A stretch of DNA of 49,616 nt from a virus, in the IMG/VR virus record IMGVR_UViG_3300045988_013611; one strand, 5' to 3'. Position 1 is the stretch's first letter, and each line of letters begins with the position of its first letter. The position numbers were made by a program, and so were the translations under genes. Below, piece after piece: positions 1 to 10,030 of this stretch. The notes beneath the pieces were generated by a model. That model was not told the origin of the DNA, searched no databases, and worked only from the letters and a program-made list of their open reading frames with translations.

Positions 1-141
1 GTAAGGGTCTGGACGCCTGCTGTAAGGACTTCACCTGTATTGAGTATCATTTTTGTTGCATCCGTGCGCAGAGTGTCCTTATCGGTCAGGGAAAGATCGC
101 GTGCATCATATTCCCCTGAAGAGTTCGGGCCAAAAAAAAAC
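1..141. repeat. Terminal overlap, copy 1 (identical to 49476-49616); marks closure of a circular or circularly permuted genome
   Basis: Direct base-by-base comparison of the two contig ends. Both copies end in the same CA9C run. Confidence 0.95.
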
Positions 142-932
142 TTTATTGACATCGCGTCAAAGCCGAGATACACCTTATCATCGGGAGTAGAGATGTCTGC
201 GGCTATGGACTCCGTGTTGAAGTGATACAGTACGAATGGCCAGTCTGTAAATGCAACACCAATATCGTAGTTTTGTGAATTGTGGTACCCGGACACAACT
301 CTTGCACCATCCCATATGACAGTCGCTCCGTTGTTTTTAAAAGCATCAATTGCCTCTTTTAAGTCATCCATTGGTACAGATTCAGGCAAATTGTATACTT
401 TGGACACCTGCTTGGTAGTGACCATGCCGTAGTTGTCATCGGAGGCCACCGGGAGACATTTCAGGTCTATGGGAATAATCTTATCGATAAAGGCTTTTAT
501 AATGACAGAATGTTGTGACCCTGTTTGTGATGTCGCAATCGCCTGTTGTTCAGCGGAAAGCGCAACCATAAATGGTTCGCCGGTATCCGGGGTTTGCCCT
601 ACGAGTGCCAAATTGCCAAGATACTTGACTGTGTTTATCGTGCCACAAACACAGTCGTACTCCACGTTATCCCATGTTACTTTGTATGTTTTGCCAACAT
701 CAAATAGCTCATACGAAACCGACACAACTCCAATCCATTGAGAGTTTGAGTTGGTAAAAGTAACCGTTCGGTTGAAAACGTCGCTCCATTCCGCTCCATC
801 CACATATCCCCCCGGCCTGTTCTTCACATAGTCCGCAGCGGTCGCGTCGTTCTGGTTCCAGTCGGGTTGCACCAGCTTCGCCTTGATCTTACCCCACAGG
901 TACGCAAGGCCCGTGTTGTCCAAATAACCCAT
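1..932 (-). CDS. Tail fibre protein, 5' portion (ATG at 932). It runs off the window start and continues in frame at 49475..49118, about 429 aa in total.
   Basis: Manual translation found no stop in frame from 932 to 1. The N-terminus MGYLDNTGLAYLWGKIKAKL is paralogous to the fibre gene at 944-1567. The frame joins MILNTGEVLTAGVQTLT of ORF 49118-49525 across the overlap. It is absent from the ORF track because no stop lies in the window. Confidence 0.8.
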   Translation of the reverse strand, partial: MGYLDNTGLAYLWGKIKAKLVQPDWNQNDATAADYVKNRPGGYVDGAEWSDVFNRTVTFTNSNSQWIGVVSVSYELFDVGKTYKVTWDNVEYDCVCGTINTVKYLGNLALVGQTPDTGEPFMVALSAEQQAIATSQTGSQHSVIIKAFIDKIIPIDLKCLPVASDDNYGMVTTKQVSKVYNLPESVPMDDLKEAIDAFKNNGATVIWDGARVVSGYHNSQNYDIGVAFTDWPFVLYHFNTESIAADISTPDDKVYLGFDAMSIKFFFGPNSSGEYDARDLSLTDKDTLRTDATKMILNTGEVLTAGVQTL

Positions 933-943
933 AGGGCACCTCC

Positions 944-1567
944 TTACGCGTCAGCCGTGATGGTGTCGATCTCCCCGTTGGTGATGGCCTCGACCTCAAA
1001 CGCGGCACCCAGGGCGTCCCACGCCTCACCCGTCCAGGCGTAGTTCATGCCGGTGTCCTCCACGTTCCACACGTCGCCCACCTCGTTGCCTTCCGTGGGC
1101 AACAGGGAGTAGCTGGCCTTGCTGCCCTTGTACTTATACAGGCCGGAGATATCGGCCTTTTTGGCGTAGTCACTGGCCGGGGAAAACCCCGCCAGTTTGG
1201 CATAGTCCGCCGCCGACATCAGCCCCGGGGAACTGACCGTGGCGTTCTCATAGGTTGTGTCCGTGAACACCGCGTTCTCCGGCACGTCCTTGCCCACCGT
1301 GTGGCCGCCCACCTTCTCGGCGTTGTCCACGATGCCGTTGCCGTTGGTATCGTACACGCTTTTCAGCATGTCGCCGCCGCCCGCGCTGGCCACGGAATCG
1401 TCCACATACTTCTTGGTGGCCGCGTCCATGTCCTCGGTGGGCGTGCCGGACAGCTTCAGCTTGCCGGTCATGGTGCCGCCCGCCAGCGGGACATACTTAC
1501 TCAGCACGGGCTTGATCTTGCTGTTCCACAGATACAGCAGGCCATTGGAATCCAGATATTTACTCAT
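944..1567 (-). CDS. Tail fibre protein
   Basis: 207 aa. LDSNGLLYLWNSKIK and PLAGGTMTGKLKL motifs are typical of phage fibre N-termini. Overlaps its neighbours. Confidence 0.75.
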   Translation of the reverse strand: MSKYLDSNGLLYLWNSKIKPVLSKYVPLAGGTMTGKLKLSGTPTEDMDAATKKYVDDSVASAGGGDMLKSVYDTNGNGIVDNAEKVGGHTVGKDVPENAVFTDTTYENATVSSPGLMSAADYAKLAGFSPASDYAKKADISGLYKYKGSKASYSLLPTEGNEVGDVWNVEDTGMNYAWTGEAWDALGAAFEVEAITNGEIDTITADA

Positions 1568-1785
1568 TTCAGCAACTCCTCTATTTCAGAATTTGTAAGG
1601 CTCTCCGCGATAGGTACTTTGGCGTACAGCGCCTGATCCGGCGTTACGCCCAGGTTGTCCCCGATGGTCTCAAAGGGTTTGTTCAGCAGCTCGCTCCACT
1701 CCGTCGCGCCGCCGGTACTGCTGGGGATGACCACGCGGCCCACCAGCTCGCCGGAGGGCTGCCGCGTGCCTTTCAGCTCTCTCAT
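1564..1785 (-). CDS. Hypothetical tail-module protein
   Basis: 73 aa. 4-nt overlaps on both sides within the fibre operon. Confidence 0.55.
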   Translation of the reverse strand: MRELKGTRQPSGELVGRVVIPSSTGGATEWSELLNKPFETIGDNLGVTPDQALYAKVPIAESLTNSEIEELLK

Positions 1786-2117
1786 GCCATCGTCACCTCT
1801 TTCGTCAACACAAGATCACCGCACGGGACGACCGTATATACATCGTCCCCGCTGCGCAGTTCCACGTCGTACTTATAGGTGCCGTATTTCAGCGCCGCCG
1901 TGTCGCCAGGTTTCAGGTGAAAGATGTTGCCGCCCGTCAGCGTCTTTTCGATCAGCACTGCCGCCTCCTTATAGGGGTACTTCCGCACCGTGAAGATCAG
2001 CTTGTCGGTTTCTGACATGGCGTAATCCTCGCCGGTGGCGGAGTTGGTGATCTCCACCGCGATATCGGCGCTGTCTCCACGGGTCAGGTAGATGGAGCCG
2101 CCGTCGATTTCCAGCAT
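1782..2117 (-). CDS. Hypothetical tail-module protein (beta-rich)
   Basis: 111 aa. Coupled to its neighbours; no recognisable motif. Confidence 0.55.
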   Translation of the reverse strand: MLEIDGGSIYLTRGDSADIAVEITNSATGEDYAMSETDKLIFTVRKYPYKEAAVLIEKTLTGGNIFHLKPGDTAALKYGTYKYDVELRSGDDVYTVVPCGDLVLTKEVTMA

Positions 2118-2127
2118 AGCGCCCTCC

Positions 2128-2424
2128 TTACTTCTTGCCCAGGATCACCGTCACGCTGTACTCCTTCGTGCGGGAGTTGTAGGCGGCGGAGGAATCCAAC
2201 ACCGCGTTGTAATCCCCCTGCACCGGCACGGAGATAGCGCCGTCGGCAATGTCCACCGTGGAAAACGTGTCTTTCAGCGTGCTCAAATCGGGCACGGCGG
2301 CGTCCTCCGCGCTCAATACCTTGCTCAACGTAGCGTTCAGCGCATTCCGGGAGATATTCTCGCCGAAAAAGCTGATGGTCACGGCGTTCTGGGTCTCAAG
2401 CCCTCTGTCAAAAACGATCTGCAT
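2128..2424 (-). CDS. Hypothetical tail-module protein
   Basis: 98 aa. Good spacing to its neighbours in the tail operon. Confidence 0.5.
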   Translation of the reverse strand: MQIVFDRGLETQNAVTISFFGENISRNALNATLSKVLSAEDAAVPDLSTLKDTFSTVDIADGAISVPVQGDYNAVLDSSAAYNSRTKEYSVTVILGKK

Positions 2425-2436
2425 ACTTTGCCCTCC

Positions 2437-2985
2437 TTACTTGTCAATGTAATTGATGCTGCTGATGATACACAGCTTGTCGTAGTCGATCAGGCTCACC
2501 GTCTCGTGCCAGTTGTTCAACACCAGAAGGAATCTCGCCTGCTCATACTCCTCCGCGCCGATGATCGTCACGCTGTGGTCTTTGTAGTAGCCCCTGCCGT
2601 CCTTCCACAGGTTGAGGACGATGGGAATATTCCGGCTTACGATGTCCTTTACCGCGTGCCACGTCCAGCCCACGCCCTTGCCGTAGGCGCTCTTTACCTT
2701 GCCGGGCACACCCCACCGCCGCATGAACTCCCGCATGATGGCCTTGACGGCCAGCGGATTGGTGCCCCATTTGTCGCCGTTGTAGCCGTATTTTTCGGCG
2801 ATTTTTTCAATGTCGCCGTAGTACCGCTCCCCGAAGATGCAGGCCAGCGAGGTCAGCGTGCAGTCCAGCCGCTTGCCGTAGTTCTTTTGCAGCAGCCCCT
2901 TCAGGGGGATCAGCTTCCGGAACGTCTGCTTACCCCGTTTAGGGTACTCCATTTCCAGCCATGAATAATCCAGTCTGTGTGCCAT
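2437..2985 (-). CDS. Putative papain-like (C39-like) cysteine peptidase in the tail module
   Basis: 182 aa. Candidate Cys in DCTLTSLACIF and candidate His in KDHSVTIIG followed by LVLNNW. Pattern only. Confidence 0.35.
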   Translation of the reverse strand: MAHRLDYSWLEMEYPKRGKQTFRKLIPLKGLLQKNYGKRLDCTLTSLACIFGERYYGDIEKIAEKYGYNGDKWGTNPLAVKAIMREFMRRWGVPGKVKSAYGKGVGWTWHAVKDIVSRNIPIVLNLWKDGRGYYKDHSVTIIGAEEYEQARFLLVLNNWHETVSLIDYDKLCIISSINYIDK

Positions 2986-2994
2986 ATGGGCCTC

Positions 2995-4536
2995 CTAACT
3001 GTTGTTGTAGTGGTTGATGGCGGCGTTCAAGGCGGATTTCAGCGAACCGGAACCCTCGAACAGCGCCGCCTTGATCTCGTTGCCCTTGTTCTGCGCGGCA
3101 GGCAGTGTCCCGTAGCCTGTCCGGTTACTAATGGCCGACCGCGCCCCGTTGAACGTAGCGGCGTAGATGGTAGCGCCGGAACTGACACCCGTATAGGGAG
3201 CGCTGCCGCCCTCGGCCTCTGCCAATTCCTTGATTTTCGCCAGCAGATTGTTCCACCGCGTGGCCGTCAGGTTGCTGATGGGCTGTCCTTTCTTGATGTT
3301 GGCCGCATCCCATGTGGCATTATTCCAGTAGAACAAATCAATTTGTGTCTTTGTCGCCGTCAGTTCCGCGTAGAACCGGCTGGTGCTGTAGCCGTAGTAC
3401 GGCTCGTCCATATCCCTGACCAGCGTCGCCGTGGGCGTGGTAGCTGTGGAATTCTGATAGAAATTGAAGGTATACGGTCTGCCGTACCCCGTGGCCTTTG
3501 CAATGCCCTTCACGGTGATGGTGGAATCCGCGTTTACCGCGATATCGTGGTACACCTTGTCCCGGATGTCCGCCTTGAGGGAGTTGTCCACATACACCGA
3601 AGCGGAGTTGATGCCCGCACCCAGCTTGATGTGCATGGTGTACGTCGTTTTCTCCCAGATGGCGTACAGGTTGATGATAGTGGGACTGCTGGAACTCTGC
3701 GATGTGGCACTGATGGGGATCGTCGTGTCTTTGTAATACGTCGTGGCATTGGAGGTGTAGCCCCAGCCCAGAAACGTATATCCTGCCCGATACGGTGTTT
3801 CCAGTGTCCCCACGTTGAAGTTGATCGACGTGGTGGTACTGCTGGCCAGCGCGGTGTAGTAGTTGTCTGCGCCGCTCTGGTTGGTGAAGGTGCCGCCGTT
3901 GCCCCAAGCCCTCACCCGGTACCAGTACGCCAGCCTTGTGGCTGTCAGGGCAATGTACCGCACTCCGCTGGAATACACATAACCGTCGCCCTCTGAGAAG
4001 TACTTTTTCACAGAGGAAAACGCGCTGTTGGTGTACTCCACGAATTGGTATGGCTCACCGTATCCGCTGTCGTAGTTCAGGCCATACAGCACCGCGTTTG
4101 TGCCGTCCCGCACCGACAGCACCGTGGACTGGTAATCCGAGTTGATGTAGCCGCTCAGCAGACCCGTACTCGTTGCGTTGGCGTACTGCATCCGGTAGCT
4201 TGCCACACCGGTGCCCACGCGGAAGTAGATGCTGTTGGTGTCGTAGCCGGAGCTTCCGCCCGAAGCGTATACCGTAATACTTCGTTTGACGCTGGTGCCC
4301 ACAGAAGGGTCGGACACGATGTTCCAGTCGTTGCCGTTACTGGCGCACTTGGCTCTGGCCCCGGAATAGCCGCTTTTGTAGACGATGCCGTCGATCCAGC
4401 AGTTTGCGCCGGTGGTGACGAACCACGCCTGATACACCGTGGACGTAATGGTCTTGGGGAACCGGCTGTCGTTGCTGACGTGAACAACAAATGAGCTGAT
4501 ACCTGTGCCGCAGCGGAAGGAGATTTCAGTGGACAT
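2995..4536 (-). CDS. Tail/receptor-binding protein with a Listeria-Bacteroides-type (Flg_new-like) repeat
   Basis: 513 aa. YTFLGWGYTSNATTYY...INLYAIWEK repeat signature. Lies downstream of Tal. Confidence 0.55.
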   Translation of the reverse strand: MSTEISFRCGTGISSFVVHVSNDSRFPKTITSTVYQAWFVTTGANCWIDGIVYKSGYSGARAKCASNGNDWNIVSDPSVGTSVKRSITVYASGGSSGYDTNSIYFRVGTGVASYRMQYANATSTGLLSGYINSDYQSTVLSVRDGTNAVLYGLNYDSGYGEPYQFVEYTNSAFSSVKKYFSEGDGYVYSSGVRYIALTATRLAYWYRVRAWGNGGTFTNQSGADNYYTALASSTTTSINFNVGTLETPYRAGYTFLGWGYTSNATTYYKDTTIPISATSQSSSSPTIINLYAIWEKTTYTMHIKLGAGINSASVYVDNSLKADIRDKVYHDIAVNADSTITVKGIAKATGYGRPYTFNFYQNSTATTPTATLVRDMDEPYYGYSTSRFYAELTATKTQIDLFYWNNATWDAANIKKGQPISNLTATRWNNLLAKIKELAEAEGGSAPYTGVSSGATIYAATFNGARSAISNRTGYGTLPAAQNKGNEIKAALFEGSGSLKSALNAAINHYNNS

Positions 4537-4547
4537 GGTTCACCACC

Positions 4548-6635
4548 TCACCCGAAAACCGCCGCCGCGCCGCTGCCGCTTAAGATTTGCGCCCATGTCT
4601 TGGACGTGCCGCCTGCCGATACGCCGGAATAGGTCAGTTCCGCGCCGATGGCCTCGCCGGAGTACAGCCGCACCCCGCCGCCTACCGTCACATCGTTGGT
4701 GCCCAACGTACCGCTGAAAGACCCGTCCTTGGAATAGAAGTAGTCCAGCCGCCGCCCCGTGTCGGAGATGGCCGCCTGGGGCAGATAGCCGCCAGACGTA
4801 CCCCCGCCGCCCACGATCTTCGACGCATACAGACTTTCGATCTGCGCGTTTCGGATCGTCGCGTTCTCAATGTCGATGTACTGCGCGCTCAGCGTACCCG
4901 TGATGTTGGCTGTGCTCAAATTGATGGACGTTGCCACGATCTCGCCGTCCACGTTCAGGGCATTAACGTGCAAGTCTACCTTGTCGGACGAAATTTCCAC
5001 GCCGTCCTTCTTGATGACGAAGGTGGAGCCGGTGGAATCGCTGGACACCTCCAGCGAGATTTTGTCCACCGTCTGATCAATCAGGCTTTGGGCCTGATTT
5101 CCATCGAGCTTGCCGCTGATCTGCGTCCGCAGTTCGCTGGCCGTCACTTCCAGCGTGGCCACGTTGCCTTTCACGTCGCCGATCTCGCTGTGGATGCCCT
5201 CGATATCCACTTCCAGCTTGTGATAGGCTCTGTAAGCGGCAAACTCCCGCCGTTTACTTTGCGGCGCGGGTTTTCGCCCCGTCCCGCCGGTACATTCGTA
5301 AGTAGCCCGCGCCCAGCCGCCGCCCCACTTCAATGTCATTCGGAAGATGGGCAGCGTTCTGGTAGTACCGTCGCCGCCTACCACCTGAATGATGTCGCCC
5401 GGCTCCATAGACCAGTCGCACACCGCGTCTACCGAGTTAGGCGTGTAGGCCGGGAACGCGATCAGTTTCTCATACAGGTCTTGCGCTTTTCCTCTGATCT
5501 CCGCCTCCGTGGAGCCGTAATACAGGGGATTGTCCAGCACCTGATACTCGTTGCCCGTTCCACCTTCCGGCAGCATCACGCCTAAGTCCGTGTTGGCCAC
5601 CTGCACATGCAGCGCCTGAACAGCAGGGGTCTCATACTCGGCGGGAGAATCGCCAAAGTGCTGATTTTGCGTCAGCTTGACGTTTTGGGCAGTAAACCAC
5701 ACCAACTCAAGCTTGTCGTCCCGGCTCATCCGTGCGTAGGCACACGCCGTTTCCGAGATCCAACCCAATACATCCTTGCCCACAAGGCCGTTTCCTGCCA
5801 TTGGAGCCGATGCAATAGACTCTGCGCTGCCGGGGAAAGTGGCGGTCTTTAACGTCACTCCTACTTCTGTACACAGGCTTTGGAGAAGCTGTCCCCGTGT
5901 CAGCGGCCATGTGAGACCAGCCCACCAGTCGTCCACGTCCACGTTGAACTTCTGCATCCCGTCCAGCGCTTCGCAGGAAATATTTGCTACCCGCCGCTGC
6001 TCCGGTGTCGAGAAGTAGAACGTCCCCAGCGGAACATACTCGTACTTGTTCACCGCGTCGGCGAACTCATACGCCATGTTCCCCTGATAGCTGATGCCTT
6101 TTCCCGACCATTTCCCCAGCTTATACGCCAGAAAATCGTTGTCCACGGCTTTTGCTGTCAGGGTCGTACCGTCAATGGTAGCTGCCCACAGGTTTGTCCC
6201 GTCCCCCGCGTATAACGTGTTGTTGACGATAACAAGACATAAGGGGGCAAATGTGGGCTGGTCACCCGTGACGCCGCTCAGATACGGCGCTGTGGCATTT
6301 GCCGTAATGGTCACCGCACTCTCTGTGCCGTAGCCGTACACCACGCCTAATCCGCCGCTCCATGCATCTGTGCCTACCAACGTGCCGAGAGAAACATCGC
6401 ACTTTCCGAACCCGAAACCGCTCAACAGCCCGTGGTAGTTCAAAACTGACGTTTTCAGCTCCGCCGATACGCATTTACCGACAGATACGTCCGTTTCCTC
6501 ATTCAGCGGATAAGTGACTTCAATATCGCCCACATCTTCGCCCGTCAGAAACGTGTTGGGAAACTGCATCAGCAGCCGCTTTTCCGCAGTCTCGGACATG
6601 GCCGATGTATGAAATGCCGTGCTTGCCTGATACAA
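4548..6635 (-). CDS. Tail-associated lysin-like / baseplate hub protein (Tal position)
   Basis: 695 aa. Lies directly after the Dit-position gene and TMP; size and position fit a siphovirus Tal. Confidence 0.6.
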   Translation of the reverse strand: MYQASTAFHTSAMSETAEKRLLMQFPNTFLTGEDVGDIEVTYPLNEETDVSVGKCVSAELKTSVLNYHGLLSGFGFGKCDVSLGTLVGTDAWSGGLGVVYGYGTESAVTITANATAPYLSGVTGDQPTFAPLCLVIVNNTLYAGDGTNLWAATIDGTTLTAKAVDNDFLAYKLGKWSGKGISYQGNMAYEFADAVNKYEYVPLGTFYFSTPEQRRVANISCEALDGMQKFNVDVDDWWAGLTWPLTRGQLLQSLCTEVGVTLKTATFPGSAESIASAPMAGNGLVGKDVLGWISETACAYARMSRDDKLELVWFTAQNVKLTQNQHFGDSPAEYETPAVQALHVQVANTDLGVMLPEGGTGNEYQVLDNPLYYGSTEAEIRGKAQDLYEKLIAFPAYTPNSVDAVCDWSMEPGDIIQVVGGDGTTRTLPIFRMTLKWGGGWARATYECTGGTGRKPAPQSKRREFAAYRAYHKLEVDIEGIHSEIGDVKGNVATLEVTASELRTQISGKLDGNQAQSLIDQTVDKISLEVSSDSTGSTFVIKKDGVEISSDKVDLHVNALNVDGEIVATSINLSTANITGTLSAQYIDIENATIRNAQIESLYASKIVGGGGTSGGYLPQAAISDTGRRLDYFYSKDGSFSGTLGTNDVTVGGGVRLYSGEAIGAELTYSGVSAGGTSKTWAQILSGSGAAAVFG

Positions 6636-6647
6636 ACGGCCACCTCC

Positions 6648-7052
6648 TTAGTATTCGATGAATGCGTATCGGATTGGGGAGTAGTGGATCACCTTTTTCT
6701 CGTTGTCGATCCAATCGATAGAGTATTCCAGATTGGGAATATAGCACCGCGCCGTCTCGTATCCGTCCGTTTCTGTGTTGTATAACTCAATGGTAACGTC
6801 CCGCGCCCGGTTGGACGGGCCAAGACCTGTGATCCGCGTGATCTCCGCCACCTCGGTGTTGGTCAGCGAAATGGTATTAAACTCCACCTTGTTTGGCATG
6901 TGGCTCACCACTTGGCGGTGCAGAACGCCCGTCGCGTCTCGCTCACTGTCCAGGTCAAGACGCTGGTCGGGGTGCGCGGTGTATGACTTTTCTGCGATGT
7001 ATTTCATGGGGAACACCGTCCCGTTGACCTTTACCAGATAGCCGTTATACAT
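6648..7052 (-). CDS. Distal tail protein (positional call)
   Basis: 134 aa. Immediately downstream of the tape measure gene. Confidence 0.45.
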   Translation of the reverse strand: MYNGYLVKVNGTVFPMKYIAEKSYTAHPDQRLDLDSERDATGVLHRQVVSHMPNKVEFNTISLTNTEVAEITRITGLGPSNRARDVTIELYNTETDGYETARCYIPNLEYSIDWIDNEKKVIHYSPIRYAFIEY

Positions 7053-7056
7053 CCCG

Positions 7057-9345
7057 TCACCCCCTTACCGCTTCATATGCCTCCATGCTTTGGCTGACCC
7101 ACCGCCCAGCAGAGGACGAAGGTTTGCCCAGCGTGAAATCCTTCTGTGCCGTCACTCTTGCGTAGTCCTCGATAGCCCGGATGTTGCCCAGCATACCGGC
7201 CTCCACAAACGCCTGCACAATGTACCGCGCGAACTCCGGCCCCATTTCCGCAAACGCCTGAACAGCCGCCTGTTGAATAGTACTCAAGGGAGCCTCTACG
7301 TTTGTTCCGTTGGTCTGGTCGCCCAACACCGCCAGAAACTTCTTGTTGGCAGGGATGACCGCGCCCTGTGCTAGGGCAGGCACCTCAACGCGACGCAGCG
7401 CGGGCATAGTTTGCTTCTTGTATCCACCGATACCACCGGAGCCAAGATTATTTCGTGAGGCAAACGTGCCTTTACCGCCGCTCAGAAAATTCAGTACGCT
7501 GCTAAAAGCGTTGGTGATCCATTTCACTGCGTTTGTCACCCAAGTAACTACGCCTTTCCACTTGTTGATTAGCCCCGCCAAAAGACCACCGATTATTTTT
7601 AAGCCCAGCTGCGCCCACCAGTGTTCAGACACAAACTTTTTTACCTTTGTGTTCCACCAGTTTTTGATGCTTTCCCAGCATCCAACCAACTTTTCTTTTA
7701 AAAAGTTCCAGTTGGGTGCGATGGCCGCTGCCAAGCCTGTTGCGCCAATCAGAATTAAGCCTAGTCCAAGCGGAACGCCAACGCCGGTAAATAAAAGAAC
7801 AATGCCAAGCACTAACAGCGCCGCGCCCAGCAAGCCAACAACCAATCCAAGCGGCCCTTGCAGTGCTTCCACAATGTAGTTCCAGTTGGCCGCCACAGCA
7901 GACGCAAGGCCGATAGCCCCCATAATTAGTAGTCCCAAGCCAAGCGGAACATTTGCACCGGAAAAGATTAGGATGGCGCCAATGACCAGCACTGCCACAC
8001 TAAGAATGGAAACCGCCCAGCCCAGCGGCCCTTGCAGCATTTCTTTTATCGCGTCCCAGTTCTCCGAAATGGCGTCCCAGATGGCGATAGCGCCTAACAC
8101 CATCAGCGCGATACCCAGCGGGATATTTGCGCCGGAGAAGGTCAGGATAGCACCCAGCGCCAGCAGCGCCGCGCCGGTGAACAGTTCCAGAATGGCGCTC
8201 AACCCATCGTCTATCATGCTGGTAAAGTCCGGCGCGATTCCACCGCTGGCGTCAAGTCCCATGTCGCCAAGTCCGCCGCCGGAGGATTTGTTGTCGGAGT
8301 AAGAGATCGTGGTCAGCTCGTCAAAGTCTGCCAGACTGCCAGACGCTTCCTCCGCCGCTTCGCCTACGTCCTGGATGGCGTTTTTCTGCTTGTTCAGCGC
8401 TTTTGCGCCTGCCGCCGATTTTTGGATCGTGGTGCCGAACAGCATAGAAACCAGCTTTGCCACCGCCGTTACAATGCGGGTCAGCACGTTGATCAGCAAT
8501 GTAAACGCCGGTATCACCACCTCTACAATGGGCTGCGCCAGCGTCATCAACGCGCCTTTCAGCCTCGCGATGGCCGCCACTGCCTCGTTGTTTGTCTTGA
8601 TGGCTTCCCACAGGTAATCTTTCAGCGCTCTTAATCCGGCCGTGATCAGCGAAAAAACCAGAACGCGCCTGGCAAGCGTTTTTACATGCTGACCGAATTT
8701 GTCCATGCGCTTTGCCGCTTCCTCTGCCGCGTCGCTCATGCCGTTTGTTTGGTTTTTGGCTCCAGCAAGCGCTGTCTCTGCGCCCGTAGCGGCGGATTCG
8801 ACCGACTGTACATTTTTCGCTGTTGCGTTTGCCGCATCGCCAAGCTCGTTTGTTGTGCTGGCAGCGGCTTCTACTTTTTCTGCGACCGCTTTCGCCGCAT
8901 TTTCAGCCGCAACGACACCTTGGGCGATGCCGCCAATTTTTTCTTTCTGGACATCCAGCCGGACATTGATTGCTTTCAGTTTTTCATCGTAGTTTTCAGC
9001 TTTTGTGCCAAGCTTGTCATATTCGGCTTGCAGTTCTTTGATTTTTTCTCTTTCAAGGACAGTGTCGGAGCTTTCGATTTTGCGCATGATCGCGTCTCGT
9101 TCTGCGTCTGTGTTCGCCATAAGACGCCTTGTCACTTCCGCGTCTTCTTCAAGCTTGCTGATGCTTGTTTTTAAACGCCCGATTTCTTTTTCAGCGTCAG
9201 AAACGTCCATGTTGAAAGTGATTGGCTTGCTATTCTCAAGACTTTTTTGAACCTGCTCGGCTTTCTTTGTCAGGTCTTCAAGCTTTTTTTCTGCTTTTTT
9301 GTTTTCAAGATCAACTTGAATAACGACGGAACCGTCAGCGCTCAC
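7057..9345 (-). CDS. Tape measure protein
   Basis: 762 aa with a GTG start. Coiled-coil N-terminal third, then a long block of G/A/L/I-rich helices. Canonical position. Confidence 0.85.
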   Translation of the reverse strand: MSADGSVVIQVDLENKKAEKKLEDLTKKAEQVQKSLENSKPITFNMDVSDAEKEIGRLKTSISKLEEDAEVTRRLMANTDAERDAIMRKIESSDTVLEREKIKELQAEYDKLGTKAENYDEKLKAINVRLDVQKEKIGGIAQGVVAAENAAKAVAEKVEAAASTTNELGDAANATAKNVQSVESAATGAETALAGAKNQTNGMSDAAEEAAKRMDKFGQHVKTLARRVLVFSLITAGLRALKDYLWEAIKTNNEAVAAIARLKGALMTLAQPIVEVVIPAFTLLINVLTRIVTAVAKLVSMLFGTTIQKSAAGAKALNKQKNAIQDVGEAAEEASGSLADFDELTTISYSDNKSSGGGLGDMGLDASGGIAPDFTSMIDDGLSAILELFTGAALLALGAILTFSGANIPLGIALMVLGAIAIWDAISENWDAIKEMLQGPLGWAVSILSVAVLVIGAILIFSGANVPLGLGLLIMGAIGLASAVAANWNYIVEALQGPLGLVVGLLGAALLVLGIVLLFTGVGVPLGLGLILIGATGLAAAIAPNWNFLKEKLVGCWESIKNWWNTKVKKFVSEHWWAQLGLKIIGGLLAGLINKWKGVVTWVTNAVKWITNAFSSVLNFLSGGKGTFASRNNLGSGGIGGYKKQTMPALRRVEVPALAQGAVIPANKKFLAVLGDQTNGTNVEAPLSTIQQAAVQAFAEMGPEFARYIVQAFVEAGMLGNIRAIEDYARVTAQKDFTLGKPSSSAGRWVSQSMEAYEAVRG

Positions 9346-9393
9346 ATGATCACCACGCTTTCGTTAATTTGTGTGGACTTATTTGTGCAAAAG

Positions 9394-9402
9394 TGATATA
9401 AT
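9394..9402 (+). promoter_or_regulatory. Extended -10 promoter (TGaTATAAT) for the plus-strand moron, bracketed by ATTTGTG(T/C) repeats
   Basis: TG at 9394-9395 and TATAAT at 9397-9402. TTTGTGC at 9382-9388 is inverted as GCACAAA at 9413-9419, and a third copy lies at 9368-9375. Confidence 0.5.
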
Positions 9403-9444
9403 CCGTATACGCGCACAAATTATGTTTATGGAGGGGTTATAAAA

Positions 9445-10020
9445 ATGGCAAAACTTGTAAAATGCAAAACCTGCGGCGCTGAAATAGCGAAATCTGCAAA
9501 AGTCTGTCCGAAGTGCGGAGCAAAACAGCACATCGGGGCCTTGAGCGCCTGCGCCATCATTATTGTCATCACGCTTTGCGCCGTTATTGGCATTATGGCA
9601 AAGTCTTGCAGCGGGGGTTATACGCCGCAGGGAACCAATAATTCCACAGGTGGAGAATCGCCCACAGTCGAAGAATTAACAATAACCACCAGCAGCTTTA
9701 CCGCCAAAGTTGAAAAGTGTTTTGCTCCAGATTTTATAAATGGCGCTTTTTATATCAAGATGAGCATTGAAAACACCAGTGATACCGAATGCTTTTATAT
9801 GCTCGATGATGTTTATGTCGATGACTCGCATTGCTACTGCGCCACTGGAATGCCGATTACAACAATGGCAGGGAAAAAGGTAACAGGGTCTTTTATTATC
9901 ACTTGCGAAACGCCGCTTTCTGATGTGGAAAAGATAGATTTTTCCCTTGTCGCTTACGACAACAACAGCGTTTCCACAGTGGAAAAAAGCGAACCCGTCA
10001 CCATTTACCCAAACAAATAA
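9445..10020 (+). CDS. Zinc-ribbon / single-TM / extracytoplasmic beta-domain protein (moron)
   Basis: 191 aa. CKTCGAEI...CPKCGAK zinc ribbon, a hydrophobic helix, RBS GGAGGGG. AT-rich, and opposite in orientation to the tail operon. Confidence 0.75.
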   Translation: MAKLVKCKTCGAEIAKSAKVCPKCGAKQHIGALSACAIIIVITLCAVIGIMAKSCSGGYTPQGTNNSTGGESPTVEELTITTSSFTAKVEKCFAPDFINGAFYIKMSIENTSDTECFYMLDDVYVDDSHCYCATGMPITTMAGKKVTGSFIITCETPLSDVEKIDFSLVAYDNNSVSTVEKSEPVTIYPNK

Positions 10021-10030
10021 GTTTTCGGAA

